Source: an uncultured Gemmatimonadales bacterium (GTDB lineage: Bacteria; Gemmatimonadota; Gemmatimonadetes; Gemmatimonadales; GWC2-71-9). Taken from it: a DNA stretch of 64,000 nt. This document shows, one piece after another, positions 1-9,804 of this stretch. The position numbers and the translations under genes were made by a program. The notes under the pieces are model-generated. The model did no database searches and was not told the origin of the DNA. It saw only the letters and a program-made list of their open reading frames with translations. The DNA is taken from contig CAWGED010000019.1 in assembly GCA_963821525.1 (NCBI GenBank), positions 960,001 to 1,024,000 on the forward strand. The letters are read 5' to 3'. Position 1 is the first letter of the stretch. Each line of letters starts with the position of its first letter.

Positions 1-515
1 CGCTCCGCCAGCACTTTGACGCTCAGGCCGGTACCAAGGCCCCGCAGGACCTCGTACTCGCGGTCCGAAAGCCTCTCGTGCAGCACGGTGCTCGCGCCCG
101 CCTCGAGCCCCGTCGCCAGCCTTTCAGCGAGTGCCGCGCTCACGTACTTCCCTCCCCGGTACACCTTGCGGATGGCTTCGATCAACTGCTCCGGGGAGTG
201 ATCCTTGGTGAGATACCCCGCGGCGCCGGCACGAAGGGCGCGCACTGCCCATTGGTCCTCCGGGTGCACGCTGAGCACCAGGACTTTGACTGAGGGGTGC
301 TCCTTTCGCACCATCTGCAACACTTCGATGAAGCTCGGTCCCGGCATCGAGACGTCGAGCAGGATCACGTCGGTCGGCGTTTCCGTCACCCGCTGCAATA
401 CCTCGCCGGCTGAGGCCGCCTCTCCCACCACGGTGATGCCGGGGTGGTCGGCGGCAATTCGCCGAAGGCCTGCGCGCACGATGGGGTGATCATCCGCGAT
501 CAATAAACGAATCAT
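1..515 (-). CDS. NarL/FixJ-family response regulator (REC + LuxR HTH); 3' end runs off the window
   Basis: Manual translation MIRLLIADDHPIVRAGLRRI...VILLDVSMPG...LSDREYEVLR. The ATG overlaps the kinase stop (ATGA) and has an AGGAGG Shine-Dalgarno (SD). Confidence 0.9.
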   Translation of the reverse strand, partial: MIRLLIADDHPIVRAGLRRIAADHPGITVVGEAASAGEVLQRVTETPTDVILLDVSMPGPSFIEVLQMVRKEHPSVKVLVLSVHPEDQWAVRALRAGAAGYLTKDHSPEQLIEAIRKVYRGGKYVSAALAERLATGLEAGASTVLHERLSDREYEVLRGLGTGLSVKVLAE

Positions 516-2473
516 GCAACCGCCTCCTGTGTCTCTAGTACTCGTGAGGGGATCCTCACCTCGACCCTGGTGCCCTCTCCCGGCCGTCCTGCTATCTCGA
601 GCACGCCGCCGCAGGCGATCGCTCGCTCGCGGATTCCGACCAGACCCAGTGAGCTTCGACCAGCCAGCTCGACAGGAGTGATCCCTCGCCCATTGTCCGC
701 TACGACCAGGCGCAGCTCATCCCGGGTCTGCAGCACGCCGATGCGGACCATCGTCGCGCCGGCGTGCCGGGCCACATTGGTGAGCGCCTCCTGCAGGATC
801 CGGAAGATCGTGGTGGCTCGCACGTCATCCACCGGGCTGTCATCCGATTGCAGGTCGAGGTCGGTCTCGATCCCGGTGCGGCGGAAGAATTCCTGCGACT
901 GCCACTCGATCGCCGCCACCAGGCCAAGCAGGTCGAGCACACCGGGACGGAGCTCGGTAGCAATGCGACGGACCGAGTCCACCGTGCCGTCCAATCGGGT
1001 AATGGAGTTGAGCAGCCGGTCGGAAAGATCGCTCTGGGTCCGCGGCAGGCGTCCCCGCACCCAGGACAGGTCCATCTTCAGGCCGGTCAGGGCCTGCCCC
1101 AGCTCGTCGTGCAACTCCCGCGCGATGCGGGTCCGTTCCTCTTCGCGCACGGTCTGCAACCGCGCAGCGAGGTCCCGCAGCTCCTGCCGCGAGCGGCGCA
1201 TCGCCTCCTCGTTGGCCTTCGCGTCCGTCACGTCCCACACGATGTCCAGCAGGCAATCCTGACCGCCGAGGTTGATCTTCTCGGCCCAGATCTGGTTGAT
1301 CTGCCGCTCCCGGAGCCGCGTCCTGGCCTCAAACTCGTACCGGCGAACCATTCCGTCGCGCTGGAGCCGATGGACCAGCTCTTCCCGGGCCGCCGGTTCG
1401 CGCCAGAGGCCGAGGTCGTGTGCCCGCCGGCCGATCACTTCCTCGCGAGGCAGGCCAACATCACGGAGGAAGGCTTCGTTGACCTCGATGAAGCGGCCCT
1501 CTTCGAGGGACGCGATGCTCATCGGGAGGGGAGAAGAGCGGAACGCCTTGGCGAATTTTTCCTCCGACTCCCGGAGCGCCTCTTCCTGACGAGCGCGTTC
1601 GCTGATGTTCCGCTGAATGCCGAAATGCCCCGTAATGCGGCCATCGGCATCGTAGAGACAGACGTAGTCCCCCTCGATGAGCATCGGGCTTCCGTCGCTG
1701 CGGCGCTCGTGGGTGACCGCGTGGAGGCGGCCGGCGTCGAACAGCGCGCGCCATGCCGCACGACCGTGGGCCTGGTCGTGAGAATAGAAGTCGGCGGGCG
1801 TGAGCCCCAGCATCTCGCTCTGCTTTCGCCCATACTCGGCGATCATCGCGCCGTTCACCTTGGTGATCCGCTGATGGGTGAAGACGTAATCGAGGAGCTT
1901 CTCCTTGTCGGCCTGATCGTTCCAGCGGATCGGCCGGTCCAGCATCATGAAGAAGAACCCGTCGAGCGATTGGGTGAAGAACGCCTCGAGCAGCTTCTGC
2001 TGTTCGCTGATCGTCGCCTCGGCTCGCAGCTGCTGCGTGAGGTCGTGATACACCTCGTAGAACGCAACGGCCTTTCCGTCCACCGTCAGGGGCGAACCGG
2101 TGTGCGAAACGTCGACCAGCGATCCGTCCCGCCGGCGACGACGCATCTGCCGCCACATCCGACTCTCCGAGCTGAGCGGCCGGTCAATCCCGGTACTGGG
2201 GTCGGACCCCGGCACGCCGATCAGCCGGTCAATGTCGACCCCGATTGCTTCCTGGACCGAATAACGGAACAATCTGCTGAATTCCGCGTTAGCCCGGATC
2301 AGCCGGCCATTCAGGTCCCGGAGAGTGAGCGCGTGAGGGAAGGTCTCGAAGAGCTGCTCGAGGTAGGCCTGCTGGATCCGCAGCTGTCCCACCGTTTCCC
2401 GGTAGCGCAGCAGTGTGACCCCAGCTGCGACCAGGGCGAGTATCAGGAGTACGACAAGGAGAACCATCGCCAT
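512..2473 (-). CDS. Membrane-anchored multi-PAS sensor histidine kinase (HisKA_3 type)
   Basis: N-terminal TM, three PAS/PAC-like segments, H-box EERTRIARELHDELGQALT, ILQEALTNVARHA, DNGRG and GLVGIRER. Confidence 0.93.
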   Translation of the reverse strand: MAMVLLVVLLILALVAAGVTLLRYRETVGQLRIQQAYLEQLFETFPHALTLRDLNGRLIRANAEFSRLFRYSVQEAIGVDIDRLIGVPGSDPSTGIDRPLSSESRMWRQMRRRRRDGSLVDVSHTGSPLTVDGKAVAFYEVYHDLTQQLRAEATISEQQKLLEAFFTQSLDGFFFMMLDRPIRWNDQADKEKLLDYVFTHQRITKVNGAMIAEYGRKQSEMLGLTPADFYSHDQAHGRAAWRALFDAGRLHAVTHERRSDGSPMLIEGDYVCLYDADGRITGHFGIQRNISERARQEEALRESEEKFAKAFRSSPLPMSIASLEEGRFIEVNEAFLRDVGLPREEVIGRRAHDLGLWREPAAREELVHRLQRDGMVRRYEFEARTRLRERQINQIWAEKINLGGQDCLLDIVWDVTDAKANEEAMRRSRQELRDLAARLQTVREEERTRIARELHDELGQALTGLKMDLSWVRGRLPRTQSDLSDRLLNSITRLDGTVDSVRRIATELRPGVLDLLGLVAAIEWQSQEFFRRTGIETDLDLQSDDSPVDDVRATTIFRILQEALTNVARHAGATMVRIGVLQTRDELRLVVADNGRGITPVELAGRSSLGLVGIRERAIACGGVLEIAGRPGEGTRVEVRIPSRVLETQEAVA

Positions 2474-2537
2474 CGTTCCGTGAAAGACGAATCATGGTAC
2501 GGGCACCGCACCGACAGGTCAACGACAAGGGGGGAGA

Positions 2538-3188
2538 TTAGTACCCCATTGCCGCAGACCCGGCCCGCGGCGAGTCCTGATCCGACGGAGTCTCCGAGGC
2601 GAAGGTTACATCGACATGGACCACAATGTCCTCATGCATCTTGAGCACGCCGAGCATCTTGCTGAGCCCGCCGATCCGGTAGTCCTTCAGGTTGAGCGGG
2701 ACGGTCGCCCGAACGCGAACCGCTTTCTGATCCACCGCAACCGAACCAGGAAACTCGACTTCTCTCTCTACACCGTGAATCAGAAAGCGGCCGTGAAGGG
2801 TGACTTGGGCGCTATCTCCCGCCCAGGTATCTGCACCGACACCCGTGAGCTCATAGCGGATCGTCGGGTACTTGTCGCTCTCCATGGACTTGTTCATGTC
2901 ATGGTCCCGCTTGTCCTTGCCGGTCCGGAGCGTCGACACGGGGGCTTCCACCCATCCCCGGACGGACGAGAGATCAGGACCGCCCGTCATCTCCCCCGTC
3001 AGCGTCGTCGTGGTACCGGTGAAGTCGCCCACGGTAGAGTTGCCATCAAAGGAAAGCGTGCCGGACACGACCTTTCCCGAGACAATCGGCAGCTGAGCCT
3101 CGGCTTTGACAGTGACGGCCCCAAGCACCAGCGCGGTGACGACGCCAAGCATGAGGCGGGTCTTACGAATCTGTCCTGCAGCAGTCAT
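2538..3188 (-). CDS. YceI-family lipid/polyisoprenoid-binding protein
   Basis: Signal-like N-terminus and the motif STLRTGKDKRDHDMNKSMESDKYPTI. Start chosen at the ATG behind a GAGGG SD. Confidence 0.8.
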   Translation of the reverse strand: MTAAGQIRKTRLMLGVVTALVLGAVTVKAEAQLPIVSGKVVSGTLSFDGNSTVGDFTGTTTTLTGEMTGGPDLSSVRGWVEAPVSTLRTGKDKRDHDMNKSMESDKYPTIRYELTGVGADTWAGDSAQVTLHGRFLIHGVEREVEFPGSVAVDQKAVRVRATVPLNLKDYRIGGLSKMLGVLKMHEDIVVHVDVTFASETPSDQDSPRAGSAAMGY

Positions 3189-3472
3189 CTTGCCCTCGTG
3201 AACTTGGGCCTCTAAAGCGAGCGGGCATCGGTAGATGCCCGCCCGTTCCGGGATCAACTCTCATCCGATGATGCGCTTCGGATCCCGGCTCCGCTCCGCT
3301 ACTCGATAAGGCGCAAAGAAGTTAGGGTCGGGATCAGGTCGGCTCGATCGGGACCCCGCTGAGGGGGGAGTCGGACCTAGGCGAATCGACGTGTAGGACC
3401 AGGGACTACAAGGAGTTGGACCCAGCGATGGGTGGCCGGGACATCCATCCTATCTTCAGACAGGGTAAGCAT

Positions 3473-4450
3473 ATGGCCCACGGACGTATCTATCGCGATG
3501 TAACCGAAACCGTCGGTAACACCCCGCTGATTGAGCTGAACCGGATCAGCGCCGGCCTCCCGGCCCGCATCGTGGTCAAACATGAAGGCTACAACCCGTT
3601 TGATTCGGTGAAGGATCGTATCGGCAACGCGATGATCACCGACGCGATCGCCAGCGGGCGGCTAAAGCCCGGCATGCTGATCGTGGAGCCGACGAGCGGA
3701 AACACCGGCATCGGCCTGGCCTACGCAGCCACCGCCTTTGGCTACCGCTGCATCTTCACGATGCCTGAAACCATGACCCTGGAACGGCGCCACATGCTGA
3801 AGGCGCTCGGCTGCAAGGTCGTGCTGACCGAAGGCCCCAAAGGAATGAAGGGTGCCATCGCACGAGCCGAGGAAATTCTCGGGCGTCTTGGCAACAAGGC
3901 GTGGATGCCGCGCCAGTTCGACAATCCGGCCAATCCAGCGATCCACTACCGGACGACGGGCCCCGAGATCTGGACCGACACCGAGGGCAAAGTCGACATC
4001 TTCGTGGCCGGCGTGGGAACTGGCGGGACGATCACGGGAGCGGGGAGGTTCCTGCGGGAGAAGAAGCCGGACATTCACATCGTGGCGGTCGAACCGAACG
4101 AGAGTCCGGTGCTGTCCGGAGGCGCGCCGTCACCCCACAAGCAACAGGGGATCGGCGCCGGTTTCATCCCCGGAAACCTTGATACGACGATCTACAACGA
4201 GGTGGTGCGAGTCACCAACGAGGATGCTATCGCGACGGCTCGACGCCTGGCCCGGGAGGAGGCGATCTTCGCCGGCATCTCCTCGGGGTCAATTACGTGG
4301 GCCGCGCTGAAGGTCGCCTCGCGTCGGGAGAACGCCGGCAAGCTCATCGTCTCGATCGTCTGCGACTTCGGTGAGCGATATCTGTCCAACCCGGTCTACA
4401 CGGAGCTAGCGGATCCGGATTTCTCGGATGTGGAGGGGGCGGTCGCCTGA
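3473..4450 (+). CDS. cysK: Cysteine synthase A
   Basis: GNTPL, PLP lysine in SVKDRIG, EPTSGNTGIGLA, GVGTGGT, QGIGAGFIP, GERYLS. Confidence 0.95.
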   Translation: MAHGRIYRDVTETVGNTPLIELNRISAGLPARIVVKHEGYNPFDSVKDRIGNAMITDAIASGRLKPGMLIVEPTSGNTGIGLAYAATAFGYRCIFTMPETMTLERRHMLKALGCKVVLTEGPKGMKGAIARAEEILGRLGNKAWMPRQFDNPANPAIHYRTTGPEIWTDTEGKVDIFVAGVGTGGTITGAGRFLREKKPDIHIVAVEPNESPVLSGGAPSPHKQQGIGAGFIPGNLDTTIYNEVVRVTNEDAIATARRLAREEAIFAGISSGSITWAALKVASRRENAGKLIVSIVCDFGERYLSNPVYTELADPDFSDVEGAVA

Positions 4451-4552
4451 CAGCGTGAGACGTAAGAAGTGAGAAGGAAGGAGCACGACGCGAGTGATGC
4501 GCTCCTTGTCTCGCTGTTCCTTCTCACTTCTTACATCTCACATCTCACGCTG
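4451..4552. repeat. Inverted repeat built from 7-bp units (GTRAGAN) between convergent genes; probable bidirectional terminator-like hairpin
   Basis: Left arm CAGC-GTGAGAC-GTAAGAA-GTGAGAA-GGAA; right arm TTCC-TTCTCAC-TTCTTAC-ATCTCAC-ATCTCAC-GCTG. Confidence 0.8.
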
Positions 4553-4559
4553 TTGAGAC

Positions 4560-6190
4560 CTACTCTTCCGACATAAACGGATACTTGTAGTCTTTGGGCG
4601 GGTTGAAGTTCTCCTTGATGCTCCTGGGGGAAACCCAGCGCACCAGGTTGAGAACCGAGCCCGCCTTGTCGTTGGTCCCGCTGGCCCGAGCCCCGCCGAA
4701 GGGCTGCTGGCCGACGACGGCACCGGTCGGCTTGTCGTTTATGTAGTAGTTGCCTGCCGCGTGACGCAGAGCGTGATCCGCCTCGACCAGCGCCCGGCGG
4801 TCCTGGGCGAAGACGGCGCCGGTCAGGCTGTATGGGCTGGTCTGGTCCACCAGCGTCAGAGTCTCCGTCCAGCGATTCTCCGGATAGACGTGCAGGCTCA
4901 GGACCGGGCCAAAGATCTCCTCGCACATCGTGCGGTACTTGGGATCCTCCGCCTGCAGCAGGGTCGGCTCGATGAAGTAGCCTGTGTCCCCCTTGCAGCC
5001 TCCTCCCGCCAGCAGCTTCACGCCTGAATCCTTCTTCGCCCGATCGATGTATTCCCGGATCCGGTCGAATGCTTTCTGGTCGATCACCGCACCCATGAAG
5101 TTCCGGAAGTCGGCCACATCACCCATGCGGATATCGGAGATGAGCGCCGAGCAGCCGTTCCTTCACCTGGGGCCACAAGTTGGACGGCACATAGGCGCGG
5201 GAAGCGGCACTGCACTTCTGGCCCTGATACTCGTACGCGCCGCGAACCAGGCCGACGCACAAGCGCATCGACATCGGCGCTGGGGTGAGCCAGAACGAAA
5301 TCCTTACCACCGGTTTCCCCCACGATTCTGGGATAGGCCGCGTATTGCGGCAGGTGTCCGGCGATGGTCTTCCACAGCGACTGAAAGACCTCGGTCGAAC
5401 CGGTGAAATGGATTCCCGCGAAGGCACGGTCCGCGAGTAAGAGGTCGCTGATTTCCCGGGCGGGTCCGGGCACGAGATTGATGACTCCCGGCGGCAGGCC
5501 GGCTTCTTCCAGGCACTTCAGGATGTAGTAGTTACTGAGCGAGGCCGAGGCGGCGGGCTTCCAGACCACCACGTTGCCCATGATGGCCGGCGAGGTCGGG
5601 AGGTTACCGCCGATCGCCGTGAAGTTGAAAGGCGTGATGGCGTAGACGAACCCCTCGAGCGGCCGGTGATCCATCCGGTTCCAGGTCAGAGGCGCCGAGT
5701 GGGGCTGTTCCTTGTAGACCTGCTCCGCGAAGTGGACGTTGAACCGCCAGAAATCAATCAACTCACAAGCGGAATCGATTTCCGCCTGGTAGGCAGTCTT
5801 GCTTTGGCCAATCATCGTCGCTGCGTTCACGATGGGCCGCCATGGCCCCGCTAACAGGTCCGCGGCCTTGAGAAACACGGCCGCGCGATCCTCGAAGCTC
5901 CAGTTCGACCACTCACGCCACGCCTTTTGCGCCGCGCAGATGGCGCTCTTCACCTCGGCCGCACCGGCCTGGTGCACCTTGGCCAGCACCCGTTTGTGGG
6001 CATGTGGACTCACGCAGTCAATGGTGCGGCCGGTGCGAACTTCCTGACCACCGATCACGATCGGGATGTCGATGGTCTCGCCGGACATCTTCGCCAGGGC
6101 GGCCTTCAGCTGCGCGCGTTCCGCCGAGCCGGGCGCGTGGCTCAGCACCGGCTCGTTGATTGGACGGGGGATATTGATGGTACCGCTCAT
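4560..6190 (-). CDS. pruA: L-glutamate gamma-semialdehyde (1-pyrroline-5-carboxylate) dehydrogenase; frameshifted near 5260 and 5145
   Basis: ORFs 5084..6190, 5119..5427 and 4560..5126 join into one ALDH: ITPFNF, FTGS, ETGGK, EYQGQKCSA, EEIFGP, QQPFGGARASGTNDK. Confidence 0.9.
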
Positions 6191-6277
6191 GGATACGAAA
6201 CCTGAGACTGGAGGGCGAGGAGATTAGCCCCCCGCCCCCACATGCGGCAAGAGCGCTAGAATCGAGCCTGGAGTTCA

Positions 6278-7355
6278 CTACGAGTAGGTGCTGACGGCGG
6301 TCGCTTTGAAGCTGGCGTAGACCTGGGTTCCAACGGCCAGGCCCAATCGATCCACTGCTGCTTGGGTCACTTCGGCCACGAGCGGAGGGCGGGTTCCCAG
6401 AACGACCCGAACTCTCTCACCGAAGGGCGGCTCCGGAACCATCTCTATTACCGGACCGCGAAAGACATTCTGCGCGCTGCCGGCCGTAGGTGCCGCGGCG
6501 TAGAGCGTGATCTCCCGAGGACTCACCGCGACGAACGGGGTCTCCCCGACCTCCGTCCCGGAAACCAGGACCGGACCCTGGTCAGTCTCGATGCGACTCA
6601 ACCCGCCGGGCTGAGGCATACTGCTCCGCCCCTGGAACAGGTTCACGCCGGTGAACGCGGCCACGTACGACGAGCGCGGCTGGCGCAGCAATCGATCCGG
6701 GGTGCCCGATTGCACGATCCGCCCGCCATCGAGCACCGCGATACGCTGGCCGAAGACCACCGCTTCGAGGGGATTGTGGGTGACGAAAATCGTGGTGCAT
6801 GGCAGCGAGGCGAGCATCGCGACGCAGGTCACCCCGCACCCGGGCCCTGGTCTGAACGTCGAGAGCCGCGAGCGGCTCGTCGAGCAAAAGGAGCCGGGGC
6901 TTGAGGACCATCGCGCGCGCCAAGGCGACCCGTTGCTGTTGGCCACCCGACAGTCCTATCACTCGGCGGGCGGCGAGGTCGGCCACACCAAACTGCTCCA
7001 GCGCCCTCTGGCAGCGTTCAAGGATTTCTTGTTTTGGAGTCCGGCGAGCCCTCAGGCCGAAGGCCACGTTTTCGAACACGTCCAGGTGGGGCAGCAGTGC
7101 ATAGTCCTGCGGAAGCCACCCGATCTCTCGTTCCTGGGGTGGGAGATTGATCTTCCGCGCGGAATCGAACCAGGCGTTTCCCTCCAGGACGATCCGGCCC
7201 GAAGTCGGCCGGGTCAGCCCTGCCAGAAGGCGGAGGACCGTGGACTTCCCCGAGCCGCTCTCTCCCACCAGCACAAGAGTCTCGCCTGGAGGGACCTCGA
7301 GCTCGAGATCGAGCGCGAAGGCACCGTACCGGATGGCGAGTTGTGCTTGTAACAA
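6278..7355 (-). CDS. modC: Molybdate ABC transporter ATP-binding subunit with C-terminal TOBE; frameshift near 6820
   Basis: Walker A GESGSGKS, LSGGQQQRVALAR, LLLLDEP; continues as FVTH...SAQNVFRG...VYASFKATAV in ORF 6278..6946. Confidence 0.88.
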
Positions 7356-7364
7356 GTCGAGCCT

Positions 7365-8156
7365 TCAGGGAACGCGGGACTGACCGTAGCGCAGCGCGAG
7401 CAGCAGCCCGAACGAGAGCATGATCAGGAGTACCGACAGGGTGATCGCCGCGCCGAGGTCATGTTGCATTTCCACATAGACCGCGAGCGGCATGGTCTGG
7501 GTGACGCCGGGCAGATTGCCCGCGAAGGTGATCGTCGCGCCGAATTCTCCCAACGCGCGGGCGCAGGCCATCGCGGTGCCCGCCAGAACCGAAGGGAGAC
7601 TCAGCGGCAACATCACCCGAACGAACGAGTAGAACTCGCCGGCGCCGAGCGTCGCGGCGACCTCTCGATACCGGTGCTCCACCGTGGTAAACCCCGCGCG
7701 CACCGGTCCGAGGAAGAAAGGAGCCGCCATGAAGGCCTGCGCCACGACCACCGCGGCAGTAGTAAACGGCAGCGACACTCCCCACACGCCGAGCGACTTC
7801 CCGAGCAGTCCGGCTCGGCCGAAAGTGAGCAACAGAATGAGCCCCGCCACGGTGGGCGGTATGACCATTGGAAGATCGAACAGGACCTCGACGATTCGTT
7901 TCCCGGGAAATTGACGGCTTGCCATGAGGTAGGCCGCTGGGAGCCCAAGAAGCAGAACGAGAGCGGTGGCGAGCAGGCTGGTCTCGAGACTCAGGAGAAG
8001 GGCCTGCTGGATCTCCGGCCGGCCCAGACGAGTCAGGAGTTCACCGGGGGAAGTGCGGATCAGGAGCGAAACGACAGGCAGTACGAGAAGGAAACCCAGC
8101 CCACCGACTGCAAGCCCCACCAGAGCCCGGACGGCAATGGTGCGGAGCAGCTTCAT
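7365..8156 (-). CDS. modB: Molybdate ABC transporter permease
   Basis: DLPMVIPPTVAG, ARALGEFGATITFAGNLPGVTQTMPLAVY. Confidence 0.93.
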   Translation of the reverse strand: MKLLRTIAVRALVGLAVGGLGFLLVLPVVSLLIRTSPGELLTRLGRPEIQQALLLSLETSLLATALVLLLGLPAAYLMASRQFPGKRIVEVLFDLPMVIPPTVAGLILLLTFGRAGLLGKSLGVWGVSLPFTTAAVVVAQAFMAAPFFLGPVRAGFTTVEHRYREVAATLGAGEFYSFVRVMLPLSLPSVLAGTAMACARALGEFGATITFAGNLPGVTQTMPLAVYVEMQHDLGAAITLSVLLIMLSFGLLLALRYGQSRVP

Positions 8157-8974
8157 TGAGAGGGCTGGGTCGCGGGTTGCACCGGGATGAAACCCGCCTT
8201 TTTCAACGACTCCTGCCCCGTGGCCGATTCTACCAGCTCGACAAACGCCTTGGCCAGTTCGGGGGAAGCCGCTCCGCGGACCACCGCGATTGGATAGGAC
8301 GCGATGACATTGGACGCTTCGGGAATCTCGAGTGTGGTCAGTTGGGAAGCGACTGATCCGGTAGCATCAGAGCGGTAGACCACACCCGCGTCGGCTTCCC
8401 CAAGCTGCACCTTCGCAACGACCCCCTTCACGTTCTCCTCGTAGCTCGCAACGTTGGCCAGTACCTGCTGGCCGTATTTGGATCCGAATCCAGGCTGAGA
8501 TGAGAGCTTGGCGAGCATCTCCCGGGTGTAGTGGCCCACCGGAACCGCCTCAGCGGCGATCACCAGCTTTACACCGGAGCGGGACAGGTCCTGCAACCGT
8601 TTGATGCCGGCAGGGTTTGCCACCGGGACGATCACGACCAGCTCGTTACGGGCAAATAGAACCGGCTCGCCTTCGACCAGTCCACTGTCTTTCGCGGTCT
8701 GCATCCACCGCTCGTCCGCCGAGGCGAATACGTCGGCCTCGGCTCCTTCTTGGATCTGGAGGACCAGCTGCTGGGAGCCGGTGAAGTTGAACCGGACAGT
8801 GGTTCCGGGGTGAGCGGCTTCGAAGCTCCTGCCGAGGCGGGAGAACGGTTCGGTGAGCGAGGCGGCGGCGAACACAGTCAGCGTCGTGGGTCCCTGTGCC
8901 GCACTTCTCGAGGACGAGACGCCTAGCACGGAGAGCGCCGAGAGAACCGTAGCGACAGACCTGCTGCGTTTCAT
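8153..8974 (-). CDS. modA: Molybdate ABC transporter substrate-binding protein
   Basis: Signal peptide from MKRSRSV, VFAAASL, FNFTGSQQL, ADVFASAD, VPVGHY, GEADAGVVYRSD. Confidence 0.92.
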   Translation of the reverse strand: MKRSRSVATVLSALSVLGVSSSRSAAQGPTTLTVFAAASLTEPFSRLGRSFEAAHPGTTVRFNFTGSQQLVLQIQEGAEADVFASADERWMQTAKDSGLVEGEPVLFARNELVVIVPVANPAGIKRLQDLSRSGVKLVIAAEAVPVGHYTREMLAKLSSQPGFGSKYGQQVLANVASYEENVKGVVAKVQLGEADAGVVYRSDATGSVASQLTTLEIPEASNVIASYPIAVVRGAASPELAKAFVELVESATGQESLKKAGFIPVQPATQPSQ

Positions 8975-9355
8975 CTCCCTATCATCACCTCGGTGGACTT
9001 GATCACCGCGAATACTTGATCGCCAACCTTCAGACCCATGCGTTCGACCGAACTCCGGGTGATGATCGAAACCAGATCCTGGTCGCCGATGGCAAGCCGG
9101 ACTTCCGCCATCACGCCGTCGACTTGAAGCGAAAGGATCCGACCGCGAAGCCGGTTCCTCGCACTCAGATCGTGTACCGCTGCTGGAGCTGCTCTCGCTC
9201 GGGGTTCCGAGCAGCGCTTCGATCCTGGCGCGTGAAAAGAGCCATTTGCGGCCCACGCGACTCGCCGGGAGCTTGCCGGCGCGAGCCAGCGTTTGCACTC
9301 GCTTCTTGTTGAGCCGGAGCAGAGCGGCGACGTCTTCCACGCTTAGTGTATCCAT
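8971..9355 (-). CDS. Excisionase-like HTH + TOBE/Mop domain regulator; frameshift near 9190
   Basis: MDTLSVEDVAALLRL...GKLPASRVGRKWLF, then in another frame LSARNRLRGRILSLQVDGVMAEVRLAIGDQDLVSIITRSSVERMGLKVGDQVFAVIKSTEVMIGR*. The stop overlaps the modA ATG. Confidence 0.85.
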
Positions 9356-9374
9356 ATTGCCCATTTGGTTGGCT

Positions 9375-9402
9375 ATTATAGTCCGTTAAAGGTTCTGCAC
9401 AA
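9375..9402 (-). promoter_or_regulatory. Sigma70-type promoter of the mod operon
   Basis: Minus strand TTGTGC-16 nt-TATAAT just upstream of the regulator start. Confidence 0.6.
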
Positions 9403-9611
9403 GCGCACTTAGGCCATCCTTGGCCAAGTCGTCAGGCCAATCGGGCGAGAGATTCCGCCGATCGTGGTTCCCTGTTGAGACGTCCAAAGCCTAACGCCTT
9501 TCGCCCCATCGCAGTCGCAGGAATTGTGGCCTCCGCACCGCAAAACAATCGTGATCCGTGCCCGCAAGGGGGGCTGGACAGGGGGTGGGGGGGATGGGCT
9601 AGACTGGCTTA

Positions 9612-9804
9612 CGACCCCTGCCCAGCAGGGAGCGTGTTTGCATCCTCCGACCGAGCGGAGGGTCCACTCCTCACAGCTGACTCTCTCCTTGAGCTGTGGG
9701 GCCCCCAGTAGCGGGGGGGGCGAGGCCCAGCTTCCTGACAGGCTTCTCGGGCTGTCACGGAGGGGCCAGACCGAGTCCCGCACTAACAATGAAAAGAGGA
9801 GTTT
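9612..9804 (+). ncRNA. Candidate structured 5' leader RNA (unassigned)
   Basis: Five consecutive hairpins downstream of a TGGACA...TAGACT promoter-like pair; see findings. Confidence 0.45.

Noticed and set aside
764..2644. Long antisense ORFs (also 26316..28076, 39012..40763, 43139..44521)
   Set aside because: Shadow ORFs opposite clearly identified genes, expected in high-GC DNA, with no motifs.
8153..9364. Apparent HTH-ModA fusion protein (403-aa ORF)
   Set aside because: Artefact of a frameshift: a complete TOBE domain with its own stop lies in another frame, and ModA has its own ATG and signal peptide.
9612..9804. Canonical lysine or guanidine-II riboswitch
   Set aside because: Lacks the AGAGG/loop-E AGUA-GAA signature of lysine riboswitches and the ACGR tetraloops of guanidine-II; kept only as an unassigned structure.
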